Origin: Hemiscyllium ocellatum
Taxonomy: Eukaryota
Reading direction: 5' to 3'
Assembly (NCBI RefSeq): GCF_020745735.1
Contig: NW_026867491.1
Span: 186,001 to 250,000 of the forward strand
DNA length: 64,000 bases
In this document: piece after piece, positions 58,546 to 64,000 of the stretch
How the letters are laid out: each line of letters opens with the position of its first letter
Position numbering within the stretch: position 1 is the first letter of the stretch
Translations under genes and position numbers: made by a program
Notes under the pieces: model-generated
Database searches by the model: none
What the model saw: only the letters and a program-made list of their open reading frames with translations
Told to the model about the DNA's origin: nothing

Positions 58546-59016
58546 CAAGCGACTGAAATACACCCTGCATGTGTCCTTTGGATAATCGAGGTTCCTGTGT
58601 ATTCCAAAAGTGGCCTAACCAACGTCCTGTCCAGACCCCAACCCCTATACTCAGTGCTCTGACCAATAAAGTGATCTGCAGAATCTGCAGGACTTGCTTA
58701 ATCCTGGGAGGTAAATCACGTGTTTCTCCTTCTCTTGCAGGTGGATCCAAGATTTCACTCTCTGACCCATGTGAGCCTCTACGCACCTCCCCTTCACTTG
58801 CTCACACTTGATTTCCCTTACAGCAGCATTCCCTTCAGTTCCTTTCTCCCTGACGTCTGTATCCAGCTTCTCCTTAAATGCCGTCCACCTCGACCTGCTA
58901 CTGTGGGGGTCATTCCCGCTGCAGACAGAGGTCTCTCCTTTGTAACCTCTTCAAAAGATTTACCGCTGACTTCCCCCTTCAGTCTTTTCCATTTCTGGGT
59001 CTTCCCGCTGTTGCGA

Positions 59017-59502
59017 AACTTGGAAGGGTTCAGAAAAGATTGACAAGGATGTTGCCAGGGTTGGAGGATCTGAGCTACAGGGAGAGGCTGAACAGGCTGG
59101 GGCTGTTTTCCCTGGAGCGTCGGAGGCTGAGGGATGACCTTATAGAGGTTTACAAAATTATGACCGGCATGGATAGGATAAATAGGCAAAGTCTTTTCCC
59201 TGGGGTTGGGGAATCCAGAACTAGAGGGCATAGGTTTAGGATGAGAGGGGAAGATATAAAAGAGACCTACAGGGCAACGTTTTAATACAGAAGGTGGTGT
59301 GTGTATGGAATGAGCTGCCAGAGGATGTGGTGGAGGCTGGTACAATTGCAACATTTAAGAGGCATTTGGATGGGTACATGAATAGGAAGGGTTTGGAGGG
59401 ATATGGGCCGGGTGCTGGTAGGTGGGACTAGTTTGGGTTGGGATATTTGGTCGGTATGGACGGGTTAGACCGAAGGGTCTGTTTCCGTGCTGTACATCTC
59501 TT
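59017..59502 (+). mobile_element. Young CR1 LINE 3' fragment
   Basis: KLGRVQKRLTRMLPGLEDLSYRERLNRLGLFSLERRRLRDDLIEVYKIM...ESRTRGHRF. Confidence 0.92.
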
Positions 59503-60519
59503 GACAAGGCCTTGTCTGAGGGTGAAATGTTGTCATTCCCGTTGATGCGGGTGGTCCCCAGTCTGTTGTCCTTTTTGTTTCCTTTCTCGGAAAGGACGTC
59601 GCGGACATGGGCAGCGTTCCCGAGCCCCGCTCCGGAACGGGCTGTTCCGTCCTCTTCCAGCCCCCGGGGGGGGGGAATGGGCAGCTTGAGTGCATTGGGA
59701 GAGTGGGCTGTTCACCGGGAAGGTGCCAATGGGACGGGAGAGCGGTACCGGTAATGGGGCGAGGGGGAGATGCCTCAGACCGCCAGAAACACTGGGGCAG
59801 CTGCTCGCGTGCTCCTTTTGGATCTCTCAGCACAGGGAGGCCATTCATCTGATTACCTCCCCGTCTCTGTCTCTCTCTGTGTCTCTCTCTCTGCATCTGC
59901 CTCTGCGTCTGTCTGTCTCTCTGAGGTGACAGCGGATTCCAGCATATTGCTGCTTGCTGGGTAAACCTGTTTTTCCTCTGTTTTCCCCCTCTCTCTCCTG
60001 CTCAAACCCCTGAACTTCAGGCCGCCCCTGACCTTGTCACTATCAGTGAATAGGGAACAGCTTTTCTTCCTCCACCTTATCTGAACCTATCACAATCTTC
60101 CCCACTTTCACCAGTTGTATCTGTGTGTGACCCTCTCTTTCTGTGTCTCTTTCTCTCCGAAGCCCCCTCCCTCACCACATCCCATTTACCCACCCCCCCC
60201 CTGTCATGCTCCCACTTTCAAACGGTCTCGTTGTGTTTTCACTGCCTCTTCCCCATCGTTTCCGTCAAGCACCTCATCTCACGCTTAGAACCCCTGCAGT
60301 GTAGGAGCAGGCCCTTCAGCCCATCCAACCCACACCTCACCCAGACCTCTGCCTGTAACCCTGCAATTCCCATTGGCTAACCCACCTAGCCTACACATCC
60401 CTGGGCACTATGGGTAATTTAGCATGGCCAATGCACCCTAACCTGCACATCCCTAGGCACTATGGGTAATTTAGCATGGCCAATGCCCCCTAACCTGCAC
60501 ATCCCCAAACACTATGTAA

Positions 60520-62570
60520 TTTTAAAAATTCTCCTGCGTGGAGGGGTGGGGGTATCGCGTGGAACTTGGAATTAATAAACGCGGGAGACGCGTGGAACTC
60601 GGTGGTAACGAGGACCCCGTAGCACAGACTTTAAAATTCCTAGAAGTGAGGGGCATTGGGTAAGGAGAGGGACAGGGGACAGAGACAGACAGAAACAGAG
60701 ATACAGAGAGACCGACACAGGAAGAGAGAGAGAGAGAAAGAGGGAGATAGATAAAGAGAGACAGAAGGTAATAAAGACAAAGGGGAGAGAAACAGAGAAA
60801 AGGGAAGAGAAAGCAAGAGAGAAGGTTAGAGAAAAAGGATTGCGAGAAATAAGGGTTAGGGGTAAGGAGACTCGCAGCAGCCAGCGAAGAGAGAGAGAGC
60901 GAGCCGATCTGTCCCAGCAGCCTGAGGAGAGAGAGAGAGAGAGTGAAAAGAGCTGTACAACTGACAGAAAGTTTAACCCTTTGTGATCTGGTTTGAATGC
61001 ACATTTGTTTGTTGGTGATTGAATGTGTAAGTTTTATTCCCTGGAGCTTGAGTTCCAGGACTGTTTTAAATGTGATTTTTATGGAAACTTAACATGATTT
61101 TTTTTAAGGTTGATGACTTCTGTTCTTTTACAAGTCATGACTGCCTTACTATCCGATTCTAACTAATCTCTTTTATCTTTACATAAAAGCAATATATGGA
61201 GGACAGTTGAAGTTTCAGTTCAACAGTAGGTTGTCGTAAAAACGAAAACTTCCATGGTTATTATCTGTGACCTTGGATTCGGCCATTGTTCATGCATTAG
61301 AAGTTTTTTTTTTAACTTGAATTGGCAAATTCTTGTAAGACAGCTCTGATTATTTTACGACCTATAGTATTGTAATTGAGTAATGATTGGTCAGGAGGAC
61401 TTAAGAAAACTAATTTTGGATCTAAATTAGGGGACTAAAACTGGGTGATCACAGTGGATTTCAAAATTGGGAACTCTATTAATTTTACATTTTAAATATT
61501 GAATACTGAATAAATGGACGTAAATATATAAATAAGTTTACAAGGTAGGAACAGGCTTTAAAGTTAGTCAAGCATGAATTGATAAATTGGTGTTTGAGGA
61601 TATGGGAAGCTAGGAACATTGCAATATTTCTTAAAAGAAAGAAAAAGGGAAGAACGTAACGACTTGTCCCCTTTGGGAAGTGCCAATAGGGGACAAGGAG
61701 ATTGGGTTTGTGCGTGTCCCCCTCACCAGTGGGGAGGTCGGAACATTTAAAAGGAAATGACGGTCCTGGTTGAGAATCCGATAGGATTGTCAGAACAAAT
61801 TGATCTATTTTTGAGGCCCAGTCTGTATATGTGGGCTGAGTTAATGCCTATTTTGAATATACTATTTACTGGGGAAGAGAGGGGACTTATATGGGGATGC
61901 TGGACAGGGAAAGATACAGAAGATAGAAGGGTGGAGTGGGAAAAACCCATTAGATGAATTGTTAGGAGAGGCACAGAAAGTGTTTGTAAAGAGAGAGGAC
62001 GAGAGACAGTAGCAGAAGGCGAAAATGACGGTCGCTGCGGTTGATGAGGTAATTAGGAGAAAAATGGAACCAAGAGTGAGCAACCGGAGCAGCGGGTGAC
62101 AGCATGGAGGGCAGAGAGGAAAGGGGATAGGGAGAGACAAGGAGGAGCATTTGGTAGAGGGTTTGAGCGACAGGGGCAGAGATGAAGGTCTCCACAGGCA
62201 GGATGCCATTATTGTGGAAAGATAGGGCATTTTAGGCGGGAGTGTCCTGATCTATAAAGGGAAGAAAGAGCCATTCCGCTTATGATTTTGATAACGACGG
62301 GGAGGGGGACAACAACTGGCATCATTTCTGAGCAGTCAAGGGTTAACAACCCAGTCATAGATTGGCTGAATAGCACATTCGGTAGATGGGGAACTGTGCT
62401 GGGACAGCTGGCCCTTGGTTTATGCATCTCTGTTGCTATCTTTATTACCTGTGGTTGTTGTTGTATACCATGTATCAGGACGCTTGTGACACGAACAATT
62501 GACCGTGCCCTGACGGGAAAGGATGACCCCCACCCGCATACCAGGCAGCGGTGCTGGAGGAGCCTGTGAT
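60520..62570 (+). mobile_element. Heavily deleted class I ERV related to the 44.9-51.2 kb provirus (spacer, gag CA/NC, env TM tail); LTRs not identified
   Basis: ~60925-61912 aligns with ~46190-47000. Zinc knuckle CHYCGKIGHFRRECP at ~62205-62250. TM DWLNSTFGRWG..IFITCGCCCIPCIRTLVTRTIDRAL. Confidence 0.8.
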
Positions 62571-64000
62571 GGGGGCACCCCAGGGAAAGATTACGGGATC
62601 GGGATCAGAGGGAATGGAGGAGATATGCCTGAGAGAGAAGCGCGGGACAATATATGATTTTACTTTATAACTGTATCTCTCATTTCTAATCCTTCCCATT
62701 TCGGGCCTCAGAATGTGAGGGCTGAGGTGCAGAGACCCCCTAGTTGTGTATTTTTTTTCTTTCCCGTTCAAATTGACAACAGGTAAATTTGTGCTTTTAT
62801 GCTGCAGTTAGAGATTGTGAAGTGCTATATGCCTCGAGACTCAAGAGACTATTGTTCACTCAAGAGATTCCTAGCCATCATCTGGTATTCTTAAATGGCT
62901 TCGATTGGTCTCGACGGCCACTGATCACAGTGATAAGCCAGTTACCACTGCCCGTGTCCGTACTTGACAGCTGTAAAATGGATGTGGGTTTTTATTGGTC
63001 AAGTGAAGGTAACTGGTTAGCCAATGATGGGTAAGATTCCTTGAGCGAGGGACAACCTAAGACCGGCACAGTCGTGCATTGACCTTCAGAATAGTGGCCT
63101 GTGGTCATGTGGTTTTAACAGATGCCTGGCTTTTGTATCCGTGTCGGGAATCTGGTCAAGTTTCTGGCTTGCAAAGCAGCTTGATATAAGGAAAATCGTG
63201 GACCCAGTAGTTTGACATTGTATTCACTGTATTTTTGACAAAGGAAAATGCCAGTTTTGTGGCATCTTCCAGAACCAACTTAACAACAAACCTTTGGGAA
63301 GGAAGGAGAGCTCATTGAATCCTATTACAAAAAAAGATTTGACACTATGTCAGTAGTTTGAAAATTTATTTTAAGATGTCATGGTATAATACGACCGATT
63401 TTACTGGGAGGTTGTACGATTGGGTGTTCTTTGGACAGCAGACAGAAGGCATTGCGTGGCAGTTTGAGACTGAAACACGGCTGGAAAGAATGTAGATTGA
63501 TGAGGAAAATCAAATGGCAGAGTCTGAATCTGTCAGTCTGGCTTGATTGCATGAGTGGTGGTTCTTCAAAAGCATCTTCCAAGCCATGACCTCAATCACC
63601 AAGAACAGAGAAGTGTGAACACAGGATTCCGACTGCAAGATATATCGCATTGCTTCTTTGTTATTGACCAAAATGCTGGAACTCACTCCTGAACGTTGTT
63701 GCAGACCACACCATGTTTGTGAAGCAATTTAAGAGGCAGCTCAGCACCACCTTTTCAAGGTCAGTTTGGAAAGAGTTGTTGGCACAGCCAATGATATTCA
63801 CATCTCATGAAATAGTAAGCAAAGAGCCCAGGGTGTTGGAGGCTGAATGTTAGCATGGATAGAGGATGGACTAACTACCACAGTTGTGGTAAGGGGCATG
63901 TTCAGGATGGCAACTTGTAACTTGTGGTGTACCACAGGGATCAGCGCTGGGGTCAACATTATTTACAATATGTATACGAATTACTTGGATAAGTAAAGTG

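Noticed and set aside
58741-58770. Possible 30-nt exon (ttctcttgcag|...|gtgagc)
   Set aside because: Splice-like signals only, with no partner exons or homology to support it.

Overview
Vertebrate genomic DNA, almost certainly from a shark or ray (inferred from HE1-type tRNA-derived SINEs and abundant CR1 LINE and Penelope fragments). The window is a tandem cluster of five plus-strand C2H2 zinc-finger genes (8, 9, 10, 4 and 12 fingers) with no recognisable KRAB, SCAN or BTB domain. Each finger array sits in one last exon downstream of a CpG-rich promoter/first-exon module. A minus-strand ZNF pseudogene fragment and two extra promoter/first-exon modules are also present. Three class I endogenous retroviruses are interspersed. 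(i) An old minus-strand pol/env remnant (10.2-14.1 kb). (ii) A young provirus (44930-51167) with a 5-bp TSD, tRNA-Pro PBS, HERV-I-like gag and an ERV3-like env whose N-terminal Cys-rich domain is triplicated; a signal-peptide ORF covering two of the repeats is still open. (iii) A relative of (ii) with the same gag backbone but a different env tail (60.5-62.6 kb). Penelope-derived repeats carry at least three families of minimal hammerhead ribozyme cores, a few intact and many mutated at the catalytic G12. Repeat boundaries are approximate. Family names rest on motif recognition, not on database searches.
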